Assembly: GCA_964016885.1 (NCBI GenBank)
Contig: OZ024740.1
Coordinates: 197,284,001 to 197,348,000, forward strand
Reading direction: 5' to 3'
DNA from: Eledone cirrhosa
Taxonomy: Eukaryota
DNA: 64,000 nucleotides
Translations under genes and position numbers: made by a program
In this document: positions 25,290 to 38,999 of the stretch, one piece after another
Layout of the letters: the number at the start of each line of letters is the position of its first letter
How positions within the stretch are numbered: the first letter of the stretch is position 1
Notes under the pieces: model-generated
Databases searched by the model: none
The model's input: only the letters and a program-made list of their open reading frames with translations
Told to the model about the DNA's origin: nothing

Positions 25290-27670
25290 TCATCATCATC
25301 ATCACCGTTTTACGTCCGTTCTTCCACGCTAGCATGGGTTAGACGGGTTGTCCTGTTGTGGGCAGTGTCTGGTCGGCTGACCATGCCTTGCTCATACAGG
25401 AACTGATTTGGCTTGATTTCTACAGCTGGATGCCCTTCCTAACACCAACCTCATTTACAGTGAGTGCTGGGTGCTTTTACGTGGCGCCTACACGTCCACT
25501 TTACAGTGTAGGCTGGGTGCTTTTTTGCCGTGGCACCTCCACGACCACCTTGCAGTGGGAGGGTGTGGGGGTATATTGTCTAAATGCTTCAGCTTGCACC
25601 CATGGGAGGTTGGGTACTCTGTATTACTGCGTGACGCCAGAGGTCACGGTCGTGTGTCATCGCCTTTGAGAGGTGTAATTGGGTAAGGTCGGCTTTTATC
25701 ACCTCATCCCAGGTCATCTTGGGTCTCCCACTCCGCGGTTTCCATCGACTTCTAGTGCTCTGCACCTTTTTATGCAGCTGTCATCCTTCATACGCATCAC
25801 ATGTCCATACCAACGCAACCACCTCTCCTGCACACAGCATTTGATTCCTCTTATGCTCAGTCTCTCTCTCAATTCATTTATGCTTTGTCGGTCACGTATA
25901 TTACTATTACACATCCATCGGAGCATGCAGGCTTCTTGTCTCTCTAATCTACATAAGTCTTCCACCTTCAGTGCCCAGGTCTCACTACCATGTAACATTG
26001 CTGTTCGAATACACGCATCATACAGTCTGCCTTTCATTTTGAGGGAGAAGCTTTTGCAGCTAGCAGTGGCAGTAGTTCCCTGAACTTCTTCCATCCCGTT
26101 CTTACCCTAGTTATTGTACTTTCTGAACACCCATCTCTGCTGCTAATTCGGTCACCTAGGTAGCAGAAGCTGTCTACTGTCTCTACAGAGCCCTCCCAGA
26201 GATTGGTGGTACTTGTTTCCTGTGGCTGTTTGCTGCTTGCTGTCCCAGTACAGCTGCTGCATGTGAAGCCTACATTCTTAATTAAGCTTCCTGAGATCCC
26301 GCTACATCTCTTGTGTACCCATTGTTTGCATTTGGGGCAGAGAATGGAGTTCCTACCTACACTTTTCCTACATACTGAGTAAGGCCATTTCCCTGGGGGG
26401 ATCTGGGTTCTGTTTTCTCGTCTACTTACAAGGACCTTAGTCTTTGTCTTGTTGACTTTGAGACCCTTTCTTTCTAGTCCCTGCTTCCAAGTTTGGAATT
26501 CTTCTCAAGTTCTACCATAGATTCAGCTATAAGTGTGAAGTCATCAGCATACAGGAGTTCCCATGGGCATCCGGTCTTAAACTCCTCTGTTATTGCCTGC
26601 AGGACTATGATGAACAGGAGAGGGCTAAGAACAGCCCTGGTGGACACCAACTTGTACACTAAATTCCTTGCTATACTCATTGCTAATCCTAACTTTGCTG
26701 ACTGCTCCCCTATACATGGCTTGTACAGCTTTCACAAGCCATTCATCTACTCCTAGTTTTCTAAGAGCCCACCAGATTACAGCACATGGAACTCTGTCAA
26801 AGGCTTTCTCGAGATCGACGAATGCCAGGTAGAGTGGCTTACTTTTAGCTAAGTACTTTTCCTGTAACTGCCTCACAAGGAAGAGCGCATCAGTGGTGCC
26901 TCTTCCTGGTAGAAACCCAAATTGCATCTCATCTAGTTTCACCCGGTCCCTAATCAACTGTGCTATAACTCTTTCTGTTACTTTCATGACCTGGTCCATC
27001 AGCTTTATACCTCTATAGTTTCCTCTATCGAGTGCATCACCTTTACCTTTGTAGCAGTTGACAATGATGCTACTGCACCAATCTTTTGGTATGACACCTT
27101 CTAGTATTACCTGGTTAACAATACGTGTGGTTATAGTGTGACCTACAGACCCAGATGCCTTCAGCATCTCGGCAGCTATACCCGATGGACCGGTTGCCTT
27201 CCCCATCTTCATATCTTTGATTGCCTTACTCCTTACTTACTACACTGCTGCTGACTTGAACTGCTGGCCCCTCTATAGGGTCTCTTCTTCCCATGCATTC
27301 TCCTCATTTAGTAATCTATCATAATGACTCTTCCATGCATCTTTCTTCTCAGCACTTGTGAGGGCAAGCTCACCTTTATCATTCCGGATACACTTCTCTC
27401 CAATGACATCTCAATTCTCTTTGACACACTGCCTCGCAATCTTGAACACCTCCTGTTTCTGGTCCTCTCGTTGCAAAACATGCTTGAATTTTCTATCCTC
27501 TGCTTCCCTCCTAGCTAAGTATACTTGTCGCCTAGCTTCCCTCTTGGTCTCTATGTAATGTAACCTGCTCACCCCGTTCTTCCATTCTTTCCATGCCTGT
27601 CTCTTGGCCTTAACTGCCTCATCTACCTTATTGTTCCACCACCAAGTTACTCTCCTCCTGCTTGTGGTCT
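25290..27670 (-). mobile_element. RTE-clade LINE (PHD-type), 5'-truncated and frameshifted
   Basis: TWWWN, KATGPSG, NYRGIKL, QFGF, FVDLEKAFD, LLYADD, PHD Cys cluster and RWYGHV; (ATG)n tail near 25290. Confidence 0.93.
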
Positions 27671-27699
27671 TATATATATATATATATATATATACACAA

Positions 27700-27742
<43 letters not shown>

Positions 27743-27743
27743 A

Positions 27744-27816
<73 letters not shown>

Positions 27817-27817
27817 A

Positions 27818-27851
<34 letters not shown>
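27671..27851. repeat. (TA)n/(CA)n compound microsatellite, apparent target of the Penelope complex
   Basis: The same tatacacaaacacacacacaca motif resumes at 37843-37880. Confidence 0.85.
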
Positions 27852-27854
<3 letters not shown>

Positions 27855-28004
27855 CAGTATTTTCCGTTGTGTTGTAATATAAATATTACACACAGTAGAT
27901 TATCAGCTCACGTAGAGTTTGCTCGACGGTTCCAGTTGTAGTTCCAAAAGTAATCCGGAGAAAAATAGAAAGATTTGAATGGATACAGTTTAGTTGAAAG
28001 GAAT

Positions 28005-28121
28005 TTATTGACACGTGTTTCTATAACAGTTACATAACCTAAAACAGCTATCTACAAACTTTTAGTTATGCAGACATTCAATATTTCAATGTTATTATTT
28101 ACTGTCATTTCATCAGAATAA
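28005..28121 (-). ncRNA. Hammerhead motif in the PLE pLTR (copy A)
   Basis: Reverse complement of 37686-37802. Confidence 0.65.
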
Positions 28122-28665
28122 TATTACTGAGGACCTGTTTAGTTTTTATAGAGAATATTAGGAGGGAGGGGTGAAGTTGTTAGAAGAATAGTTGAAGGAG
28201 TGGTTTTTCGATAGCAGTGAGAATTCTTGGTGGCAGTGAGTAATTAGATTCCCATCTGTTGTTTTGACATTTTTTATAGAATATATTATTGGTTATTTTT
28301 CTAAATCTATAGAAGGATTAGAGATAGTAAAGATATGCGTGGTTGGTTTTGTGTTTGCACTTAATTAACATTCAGACTTAAATTTTTCTTTCAAGTGTAC
28401 GTATCCTTTCACCCACGCATTCACACACAAATATATTTGCACACCTCTACAAAATACATATACTCACAATTCACATATTCATACTTACATATATATACAC
28501 ATGCATGTATTCATGTACATACATACGCGCTCATGTGTATACGTTTTCATACTCAACTTATCTTTATATACACACGTATAGACACACACATATATACATA
28601 CATACTCTAGTCCATGTGTACACACATACACATACTTACACATCCATATACTCATATATACATAC

Positions 28666-28697
<32 letters not shown>

Positions 28698-29019
28698 ATA
28701 TATACATACACATACATATACACACATATACATATATATATATATATATAAGCACTTTAATACATGAATACACTTACATCTAACTATACACATCAAACAT
28801 ATATATATATTTACTTATTTATATACATTTTCACATATATATACATACTTATGGACGTTTTTAGACACATTCATTATCGCATATTTGTACCTATTCTCAT
28901 CAGCATATCTTTTCATTATTAGTATGGTAATTTAAGGTTATTAATATATGTTGAGAAGAGATTGTTTTTATATTTTTCTAACTAGATTAAGGTTTATATA
29001 GTTGGGGGATGTCCCTCTT

Positions 29020-31342
29020 TTATGTAATATTCGGCTTGTAGTGGGAAAAAAGGGTTTTAGTTCTGTGACGGCAGAATAATGTTCGTTCAATTCTGTTATT
29101 CAGCAGTTTCTTCTTGTGTGTGATTATGTAATAAATCTCAAGATTACACAATTTGCAGAAATTTTGGCTCCTGGAAAAGCTTTGGGTTTTAGCTAATTTT
29201 TCCCATTTTAGGGTAAACTTTTGGTCGCTATCCCTGAGCGTCCAAGCTTTTTCTGCTAAAGTTGTTACATTTCTTTGGCTCTGGTGTTTTATTGAGTAAG
29301 AATGCCTATACAATCGAGATTTAAACGATGTTGCCGTTGATCCCACGTAATACCACTCGTTGCCTCCGGATTTAATGGTACACTTATAAATAATATTTTT
29401 TTCCAGGCAGTTATTGCCGAGGGGGCAGTTGTCAGGATAGGTGCAGTTACAGTTGTGTACGTTGGGTTTTCTCTGGAGTAGTATTGCGGACGAACTTAGG
29501 TGTGGTTTATTTATGTTCTGTAGTGTAGTGTCTACTGTTTTTTTTTGTGTTCTTTGTACTTAAGTTCTTAGTGTTTTCGTTTAACCTTCTAGTATTGATC
29601 TTTTTTATGTGTTGTTCAAGGTTTAACGCTGTAGAGTATGACAGTCTTATAGTGGTAGGGTTTAGGATTTTGTGGTATTTGTGTGATGTGGGAAAATGTC
29701 TTTTAATTATTTTAAAGAAGAGTACTGGTAAATTTGTACTAATGGAGCTATTGTATTCGGGGTTATACCATAAGTACTCTTTGCATCGCTTTCTATTAGT
29801 TTTGTTTGTTGGTTTACTGGTGTGCATACTATGGTAGTAAGTGTGGTTTGGTGTTGTGTTATTATATCTACCTATGTGGGATTTATTTTGGGTGTTTTGA
29901 TTGTTCCCATCTATGTACTCTATTTTGTTGAGGTAGCCTGCTTTACTAAGGGCGTTATCGTAGTACTCGGCGTGTTCCTTAAATACTTGTATGTTAGAAG
30001 ATAGACCCGAGATTCTAAGGGAAATATTTTTAGGGATAGATTTAATTATAGAGATGGGGTGGTTAGACCCAACATTTACGTATTTGAGATTTTCGTTCAA
30101 TTTATGAAACGGTTTAATCAAACCAGAGTTTAAATTGAGTGTGACATCCAGGAAGTTAACTACTTTAAGGTTGTATTCATATGTTATAGTTAGTCCTATT
30201 TCGAGTAGTAGTTTTCTTATATCTTTGCGTAGTTTTTCTAGTTTTTGGTTATTAAGGTTTTTAGCTAGGAGGAGAACATCGTCGCGGTATATTCCGCCGT
30301 GGAGATTGCTGAATTTTTCCTGGAGTCTAAAGGCGATAAATAACCCCACAATATCAGTTATTTCCGCCGAATCGTTAGAGCCCATTGTTATGTCAAAGTT
30401 AGAGGGTCTATCTTTACGTACCCAATAACTGTTCTCAAATTTGACTATAGTTTTCCTAGCTTCTAATATAATCTTAATTTCATCGTTTGTAAGGTCAGAG
30501 TTATCCTTAGCAAACTTAATGGCTCTATTCAAAGTTTCAGGTGATATCGATGAGTAATATTCATCGATATCAAACTGGATAAACTTAGATTTATTCTTAT
30601 TGCTAATGCTATTAAACCATCTTATTGCTTCTTGGGTCTTCCCCCAGAGTTTAATGTTAACCTTAGCCTTAATTTGGGGGATGATTCTATCTAAGATATA
30701 TTTGCTTATTTTACCTATATCTGATTTAGAGGGGCAGATTAATCTAATTTTAGGGTCATTATCAAAGTTTACCTTGTGGTCCTTAAGATTGAAGGTGGGT
30801 ACCGCCGGTAAGAGTGGTCCTGTCCTATCTTCGATTCCGAGATTTTTCACTATTTCGCATGCCTCATCATTGATGTGCTTAAGGGTTACTTCACTCGTTT
30901 TTCTATATTTTTTATGTAATTCTTTTCGAATGAAGTTGTTGTATGTAGTGCAATCCATAGTGTACAGGTTTGATGTTTTGTCCGCTTTTACTACAATTCC
31001 TTTGGTGTTTTTAAGGTCGTCCGGTAGTTTTTTTATATCTTTCTGTAATTTGCTGTTGGTGTTGCGTCCTTTGAATTTAATTTTAAGGATTAAGTTCATA
31101 AGGTCCTGCTCAAATGCATCTAATAGTGGGTTGGTGGGTGGGTTTTTACAAGTCCTAAAACCGAATTTGTTGTTTACACCACTTTCTAATGTTGAGTTCA
31201 TACGGCTTCTATCATAGTGGAGCGTTTTCCACCTGACACGTCGAATGAATTCATTAGTTTTTTGAATCATGCTCAATAAATATTCCTTTCTACCTTGGGT
31301 TGGTATGTTTTTGAGTGACATATCCAGGTAGTGTTTTTCCAT
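29020..31342 (-). pseudogene. PLE RT-endonuclease ORF with a 1-nt frameshift in an A9 run
   Basis: 611-aa and 108-aa ORFs; copy B has A8 and reads through. Confidence 0.85.
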
Positions 31343-31393
31343 TGTTGTGGTTGCGTTTGCTGTGTGGGTTGCTCGACTTTACAGGAGGTAAAT

Positions 31394-32207
31394 ATACAGT
31401 ATTTTCCGTTGTGTTGTAATATAAATATTACACACATTAGATTATCAGCTCACGTAGAGTTTGCTCGACGGTTCCAGTTGTAGTTCCAAAAGTAATCCGG
31501 AGAAAAATAGAAAGATTTGAATGGATACAGTTTAGTTGAAAGGAATTTATTGACACGTGTTTCTATAACAGTTACATAACCTAAAACAGCTATCTACAAA
31601 CTTTTAGTTATGCAGACATTCAATATTTCAATGTTATTATTTACTGTCATTTCATCAGAATAATATTACTGAGGACCTGTTTAGTTTTTATAGAGAATAT
31701 TAGGAGGGAGGGGTGAAGTTGTTAGAAGAATAGTTGAAGGAGTGGTTTTTCGATAGCAGTGAGAATTCTTGGTGGCAGTGAGTAATTAGATTCCCATCTG
31801 TTGTTTTGACATTTTTTATAGAATATATTATTGGTTATTTTTCTAAATCTATAGAAGGATTAGAGATAGTAAAGATATGCGTGGTTGGTTTTGTGTTTGC
31901 ACTTAATTAACATTCAGACTTAAATTTTTCTTTCAAGTGTACGTATCCTTTCACCCACGCATTCACACACAAATATATTTGCACACCTCTACAAAATACA
32001 TATACTCACAATTCACATATTCATACTTACATATATATACACATGCATGTATTCATGTACATACATACGCGCTCATGTGTATACGTTTTCATACTCAACT
32101 TATCTTTATATACACACGTATAGACACACACATATATACATACATACTCTAGTCCATGTGTACACACATACACATACTTACACATCCATATACTCATATA
32201 TACATAC

Positions 32208-32239
<32 letters not shown>

Positions 32240-33912
32240 ATATATACATACACATACATATACACACATATACATATATATATATATATATAAGCACTTT
32301 AATACATGAATACACTTACATCTAACTATACACATCAAACATATATATATATTTACTTATTTATATACATTTTCACATATATATACATACTTATGGACGT
32401 TTTTAGACACATTCATTATCGCATATTTGTACCTATTCTCATCAGCATATCTTTTCATTATTAGTATGGTAATTTAAGGTTATTAATATATGTTGAGAAG
32501 AGATTGTTTTTATATTTTTCTAACTAGATTAAGGTTTATATAGTTGGGGGATGTCCCTCTTTTATGTAATATTCGGCTTGTAGTGGGAAAAAAGGGTTTT
32601 AGTTCTGTGACGGCAGAATAATGTTCGTTCAATTCTGTTATTCAGCAGTTTCTTCTTGTGTGTGATTATGTAATAAATCTCAAGATTACACAATTTGCAG
32701 AAATTTTGGCTCCTGGAAAAGCTTTGGGTTTTAGCTAATTTTTCCCATTTTAGGGTAAACTTTTGGTCGCTATCCCTGAGCGTCCAAGCTTTTTCTGCTA
32801 AAGTTGTTACATTTCTTTGGCTCTGGTGTTTTATTGAGTAAGAATGCCTATACAATCGAGATTTAAACGATGTTGCCGTTGATCCCACGTAATACCACTC
32901 GTTGCCTCCGGATTTAATGGTACACTTATAAATAATATTTTTTTCCAGGCAGTTATTGCCGAGGGGGCAGTTGTCAGGATAGGTGCAGTTACAGTTGTGT
33001 ACGTTGGGTTTTCTCTGGAGTAGTATTGCGGACGAACTTAGGTGTGGTTTATTTATGTTCGGTAGTGTATTGTCTACTGTTTTTTTTGTGTTCTTTGTAC
33101 TTAAGTTCTTAGTGTTTTCGTTTAACCTTCTAGTATTGATCTTTTTTATGTGTTGTTCAAGGTTTAACGCTGTAGAGTATGACAGTCTTATAGTGGTAGG
33201 GTTTAGGATTTTGTGGTATTTGTGTGATGTGGGAAAATGTCTTTTAATTATTTTAAAGAAGAGTACTGGTAAATTTGTACTAATGGAGCTATTGTATTCG
33301 GGGTTATACCATAAGTACTCTTTGCATCGCTTTCTATTAGTTTTGTTTGTTGGTTTACTGGTGTGCATACTATGGTAGTAAGTGTGGTTTGGTGTTGTGT
33401 TATTATATCTACCTATGTGGGATTTATTTTGGGTGTTTTGATTGTTCCCATCTATGTACTCTATTTTGTTGAGGTAGCCTGCTTTACTAAGGGCGTTATC
33501 GTAGTACTCGGCGTGTTCCTTAAATACTTGTATGTTAGAAGATAGACCCGAGATTCTAAGGGAAATATTTTTAGGGATAGATTTAATTATAGAGATGGGG
33601 TGGTTAGACCCAACATTTACGTATTTGAGATTTTCGTTCAATTTATGAAACGGTTTAATCAAACCAGAGTTTAAATTGAGTGTGACATCCAGGAAGTTAA
33701 CTACTTTAAGGTTGTATTCATATGTTATAGTTAGTCCTATTTCGAGTAGTAGTTTTCTTATATCTTTGCGTAGTTTTTCTAGTTTTTGGTTATTAAGGTT
33801 TTTAGCTAGGAGGAGAACATCGTCGCGGTATATTCCGCCGTGGAGATTGCTGAATTTTTCCTGGAGTCTAAAGGCGATAAATAACCCCACAATATCAGTT
33901 ATTTCCGCCGAA
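31394..33912 (-). mobile_element. Penelope-like element copy B, tandem with A and 5'-truncated within RT
   Basis: 442-aa ORF at 32562-33890 with RT C-terminus and GIY-YIG in frame; hammerhead motif at 31547-31663. Confidence 0.95.
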
Positions 33913-33931
33913 GGTATCCATTCCGCCGAAG

Positions 33932-34228
33932 GTATCCATTCAAATCTTTCTATTTTTCTCCGGATTACTTTTGGAACTACAACTGGAACCGTCGAGCAAA
34001 CTCTACGTGAGCTGATAATCTACTGTGTGTAATATTTATATTACAACACAACGGAAAATACTGTATATTTACCTCCTGTAAAGTCGAGCAACCCACACAG
34101 CAAACGCAACCACAACAATGGAAAAACACTACCTGGATATGTCACTAAAAAACATACCAACCCAAGGTAGAAAGGAATATTTATTGAGCATGATTCAAAA
34201 AACTAATGAATTCATTCGACGTGTCAGA
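33932..34228 (+). mobile_element. Short PLE fragment D (pLTR plus ORF start)
   Basis: Matches 34283-34578 and ends at cgtgtcag. Confidence 0.9.
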
Positions 34229-37107
34229 AGGTTATGTAACTGTTATAGAAACACGTGTCAATAAATTCCTTTCAACTAAACTGTATCCATTCAAATCTTT
34301 CTATTTTTCTCCGGATTACTTTTGGAACTACAACTGGAACCGTCGAGCAAACTCTACGTGAGCTGATAATCTAATGTGTGTAATATTTATATTACAACAC
34401 AACGGAAAATACTGTATATTTACCTCCTGTAAAGTCGAGCAACCCACACAGCAAACGCAACCACAACAATGGAAAAACACTACCTGGATATGTCACTCAA
34501 AAACATACCAACCCAAGGTAGAAAGGAATATTTATTGAGCATGATTCAAAAAACTAATGAATTCATTCGACGTGTCAGGTGGAAAACGCTCCACTATGAT
34601 AGAAGCCGTATGAACTCAACATTAGAAAGTGGTGTAAACAACAAATTCGGTTTTAGGACTTGTAAAAACCCACCCACCAACCCACTATTAGATGCATTTG
34701 AGCAGGACCTTATGAACTTAATCCTTAAAATTAAATTCAAAGGACGCAACACCAACAGCAAATTACAGAAAGATATAAAAAAACTACTGGACGACCTTAA
34801 AAACACCAAAGGAATTGTAGTAAAAGCGGACAAAACATCAAACCTGTACACTATGGATTGCACTACATACAACAACTTCATTCGAAAAGAATTACATAAA
34901 AAATATAGAAAAACGAGTGAAGTAACCCTTAAGCACATCAATGATGAGGCATGCGAAATAGTGAAAAATCTCGGAATCGAAGATAGGACAGGACCACTCT
35001 TACCGGCGGTACCCACCTTCAATCTTAAGGACCACAAGGTAAACTTTGATAATGACCCTAAAATTAGATTAATCTGCCCCTCTAAATCAGATATAGGTAA
35101 AATAAGCAAATATATCTTAGATAGAATCATCCCCCAAATTAAGGCTAAGGTTAACATTAAACTCTGGGGGAAGACCCAAGAAGCAATAAGATGGTTTAAT
35201 AGCATTAGCAATAAGAATAAATCTAAGTTTATCCAGTTTGATATCGATGAATATTACTCATCGATATCACCTGAAACTTTGAATAGAGCCATTAAGTTTG
35301 CTAAGGATAACTCTGACCTTACAAACGATGAAATTAAGATTATATTAGAAGCTAGGAAAACTATAGTCAAATTTGAGAACAGTTATTGGGTACGTAAAGA
35401 TAGACCCTCTAACTTTGACATAACAATGGGCTCTAACGATTCGGCGGAAATAACTGATATTGTGGGGTTATTTATCGCCTTTAGACTCCAGGAAAAATTC
35501 AGCAATCTCCACGGCGGAATATACCGCGACGATGTTCTCCTCCTAGCTAAAAACCTTAATAACCAAAAACTAGAAAAACTACGCAAAGATATAAGAAAAC
35601 TACTACTCGAAATAGGACTAACTATAACATATGAATACAACCTTAAAGTAGTTAACTTCCTGGATGTCACACTCAATTTAAACTCTGGTTTGATTAAACC
35701 GTTTCATAAATTGAACGAAAATCTCAAATACGTAAATGTTGGGTCTAACCACCCCATCTCTATAATTAAATCTATCCCTAAAAATATTTCCCTTAGAATC
35801 TCGGGTCTATCTTCTAACATACAAGTATTTAAGGAACACGCCGAGTACTACGATAACGCCCTTAGTAAAGCAGGCTACCTCAACAAAATAGAGTACATAG
35901 ATGGGAACAATCAAAACACCCAAAATAAATCCCACATAGGTAGATATAATAACACAACACCAAACCACACTTACTACCATAGTATGCACACCAGTAAACC
36001 AACAAACAAAACTAATAGAAAGCGATGCAAAGAGTACTTATGGTATAACCCCGAATACAATAGCTCCATTAGTACAAATTTACCAGTACTCTTCTTTAAA
36101 ATAATTAAAAGACATTTTCCCACATCACACAAATACCACAAAATCCTAAACCCTACCACTATAAGACTGTCATACTCTACAGCGTTAAACCTTGAACAAC
36201 ACATAAAAAAGATCAATACTAGAAGGTTAAACGAAAACACTAAGAACTTAAGTACAAAGAACACAAAAAAAAACAGTAGACAATACACTACAGAACATAA
36301 ATAAACCACACCTAAGTTCGTCCGCAATACTACTCCAGAGAAAACCCAACGTACACAACTGTAACTGCACCTATCCTGACAACTGCCCCCTCGGCAATAA
36401 CTGCCTGGAAAAAAATATTATTTATAAGTGTACCATTAAATCCGGAGGCAACGAGTGGTATTACGTGGGATCAACGGCAACATCGTTTAAATCTCGATTG
36501 TATAGGCATTCTTACTCAATAAAACACCAGAGCCAAAGAAATGTAACAACTTTAGCAGAAAAAGCTTGGACGCTCAGGGATAGCGACCAAAAGTTTACCC
36601 TAAAATGGGAAAAATTAGCTAAAACCCAAAGCTTTTCCAGGAGCCAAAATTTCTGCAAATTGTGTAATCTTGAGATTTATTACATAATCACACACAAGAA
36701 GAAACTGCTGAATAACAGAATTGAACGAACATTATTCTGCCGTCACAGAACTAAAACCCTTTTTTCCCACTACAAGCCGAATATTACATAAAAGAGGAAC
36801 ATCCCCCAACTATATAAACCTTAATCTAGTTAGAAAAATATAAAAACAATCTCTTCTCAACATATATTAATAACCTTAAATTACCATACTAATAATGAAA
36901 AGATATGCTGATGAGAATAGGTACAAATATGCGATAATGAATGTGTCTAAAAACGTCCATAAGTATGTATATATATGTGAAAATGTATATAAATAAGTAA
37001 ATATATATATATGTTTGATGTGTATAGTTAGATGTAAGTGTATTCATGTATTAAAGTGCTTATATATATATATATATGTATATGTGTGTATATGTATGTG
37101 TATGTAT

Positions 37108-37141
<34 letters not shown>

Positions 37142-37842
37142 GTATGTATATATGAGTATATGGATGTGTAAGTATGTGTATGTGTGTACACATGGACTAG
37201 AGTATGTATGTATATATGTGTGTGTCTATACGTGTGTATATAAAGATAAGTTGAGTATGAAAACGTATACACATGAGCGCGTATGTATGTACATGAATAC
37301 ATGCATGTGTATATATATGTAAGTATGAATATGTGAATTGTGAGTATATGTATTTTGTAGAGGTGTGCAAATATATTTGTGTGTGAATGCGTGGGTGAAA
37401 GGATACGTACACTTGAAAGAAAAATTTAAGTCTGAATGTTAATTAAGTGCAAACACAAAACCAACCACGCATATCTTTACTATCTCTAATCCTTCTATAG
37501 ATTTAGAAAAATAACCAATAATATATTCTATAAAAAATGTCAAAACAACAGATGGGAATCTAATTACTCACTGCCACCAAGAATTCTCACTGCTATCGAA
37601 AAACCACTCCTTCAACTATTCTTCTAACAACTTCACCCCTCCCTCCTAATATTCTCTATAAAAACTAAACAGGTCCTCAGTAATATTATTCTGATGAAAT
37701 GACAGTAAATAATAACATTGAAATATTGAATGTCTGCATAACTAAAAGTTTGTAGATAGCTGTTTTAGGTTATGTAACTGTTATAGAAACACGTGTCAAT
37801 AAATTCCTTTCAACTAAACTGTATCCATTCAAATCTTTCTAT
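34229..37842 (+). mobile_element. Penelope-like element copy C, inverted relative to A and B
   Basis: ORFs 34469-36304 and 36465-36791 are nearly identical to copy A, with the same A9 frameshift. Confidence 0.95.
37686..37802 (+). ncRNA. Type I hammerhead motif with an 88-nt stem II insert
   Basis: TTATT-CTGATGA-(aATGACAGT..ACTGTTATa)-GAAA-CACGTG-TC-AATAA. Confidence 0.68.
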
Positions 37843-38068
37843 ATATATATATATATATATACACAAACACACACACACATATTTATATCTTTTAGCAGAG
37901 CATTTTAATATTGCCACTCAATGAAAACCCTTTGTTTGTTTGGAATAAATGAATCTTGAAAATTAGGAGTGCCTGTCAGTGTGTATGTGTTTGTCTACTT
38001 AGCATCAATTTACTACCCTCCCCTACCACCAGAAAATGTATAAATACCACCATATTACATTGACAGCC

Positions 38069-38120
38069 GGCTTTTCTGATGATTTCCTCAGAATGAAACA
38101 GTTCTAGTCCTGTTGAAGCC
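38069..38120 (+). ncRNA. Hammerhead-like motif from another family (degenerate copy on the minus strand at 19378-19425)
   Basis: ggctttt-CTGATGA-tttcctcagaat-GAAA-cagttctag-TC..gaagcc; stem I is offset. Confidence 0.45.
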
Positions 38121-38199
38121 ATTTCTATATTAAATATATATATATACTCTTTTAGCTGCTCCAGCCATCCGGCTGAGACCATGATTGGGCACTGCCTTT

Positions 38200-38760
38200 G
38201 TTGCTACACATTCTATCTCCAGCCTGTGTTGACTGGCCATTGATGTAAGAGGGAGTTCGTTGCTGCTGCCCTTAGGTTACCTTCGTACCGTGATGTGGGC
38301 TCATCCGGGATCCTGGATAACAGGGTGTCGAGAAGTTTCTTGAAAATATCCACGGCCACACCATGTAGATCTCTCAAATCCCTCGGCAGTTTGTTGAAGA
38401 GTTGAGGGCCTTTGAACCCCAGTCTATTGCAATATCTGCTTCTTGTTCTAGATGTGGAAGACGGGACCTTTGTCACCACACAGTGACGTCCTGTTCGAGG
38501 GTTGGTCCCGCTCTCAATACCAAAGTTTGGCACTCGTCCGTCCAGGATTTTCCATATGTATATCACTGCATATCTCTCCCGTCTTTGTTCCAAGGAGTAG
38601 AGTTTCAGTTCTTTTAGCCTCTCCCAGTAGCTCATCTCCTTCATCGTGCAATCCTCTTGGTTTAGCTTCGTTGGATTGTCTCAAGTTCTGTGGTTAGTTT
38701 GATACTATGGGGTGACCACAGCTGGGAGCAATAGTCCAGGCGGCTTAGGACAAATGGCCT
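38200..38760 (-). mobile_element. CR1-clade LINE 3' fragment
   Basis: ORF 38213-38644: YWERLKELKLYSLEQRRERY..GPQLFNKLP..FKKLLD..IPDEP. Confidence 0.85.
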
Positions 38761-38999
38761 TCATAGTATCAACATGGTCTCCCGATCTCTTATATAGAAA
38801 ACCTCAAATAAAAAGTCAAGATTTGTTTCGATTTAACAGAGCAGAAAGAATTCGCGTCAGAATATTCCAACCAATCCAGCCTATATCAGCTGAATAAATA
38901 TGTATATGGATATATATATATACACACCCACATGCACATATATATATATATACACACACGCACGCATACACACATACATACACGCATGCATGCATACAT

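Larger units (their letters stand above)
27852..31393 (-). mobile_element. Penelope-like element copy A (Naiad-type), one 3542-bp unit
   Basis: RT motifs QFDIDEYYSSI, ITMGS and YRDD; CNC..CPL..CL knuckle; GIY-YIG (IIY..YVGST) and CxLC; sequence at 27852 recurs at 31394. Confidence 0.95.

Noticed and set aside
30600-31217. 205-aa antisense ORF repeated at 34594-35211
   Set aside because: Shadow of the RT frame; it repeats only because the element is duplicated
36263-36275. Programmed -1 frameshift at A AAA AAC
   Set aside because: The -1 frame reads CAG TAG (stop); the endonuclease is in the +1 frame
34469-36791. Selenocysteine recoding, reported for some Naiad elements
   Set aside because: No in-frame TGA in the reconstructed ORF; the break is a homopolymer indel
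36905-36965. Second hammerhead in the PLE 3' UTR (CTGATGA..AAAACGTC)
   Set aside because: GAAA core is absent and stem III cannot form
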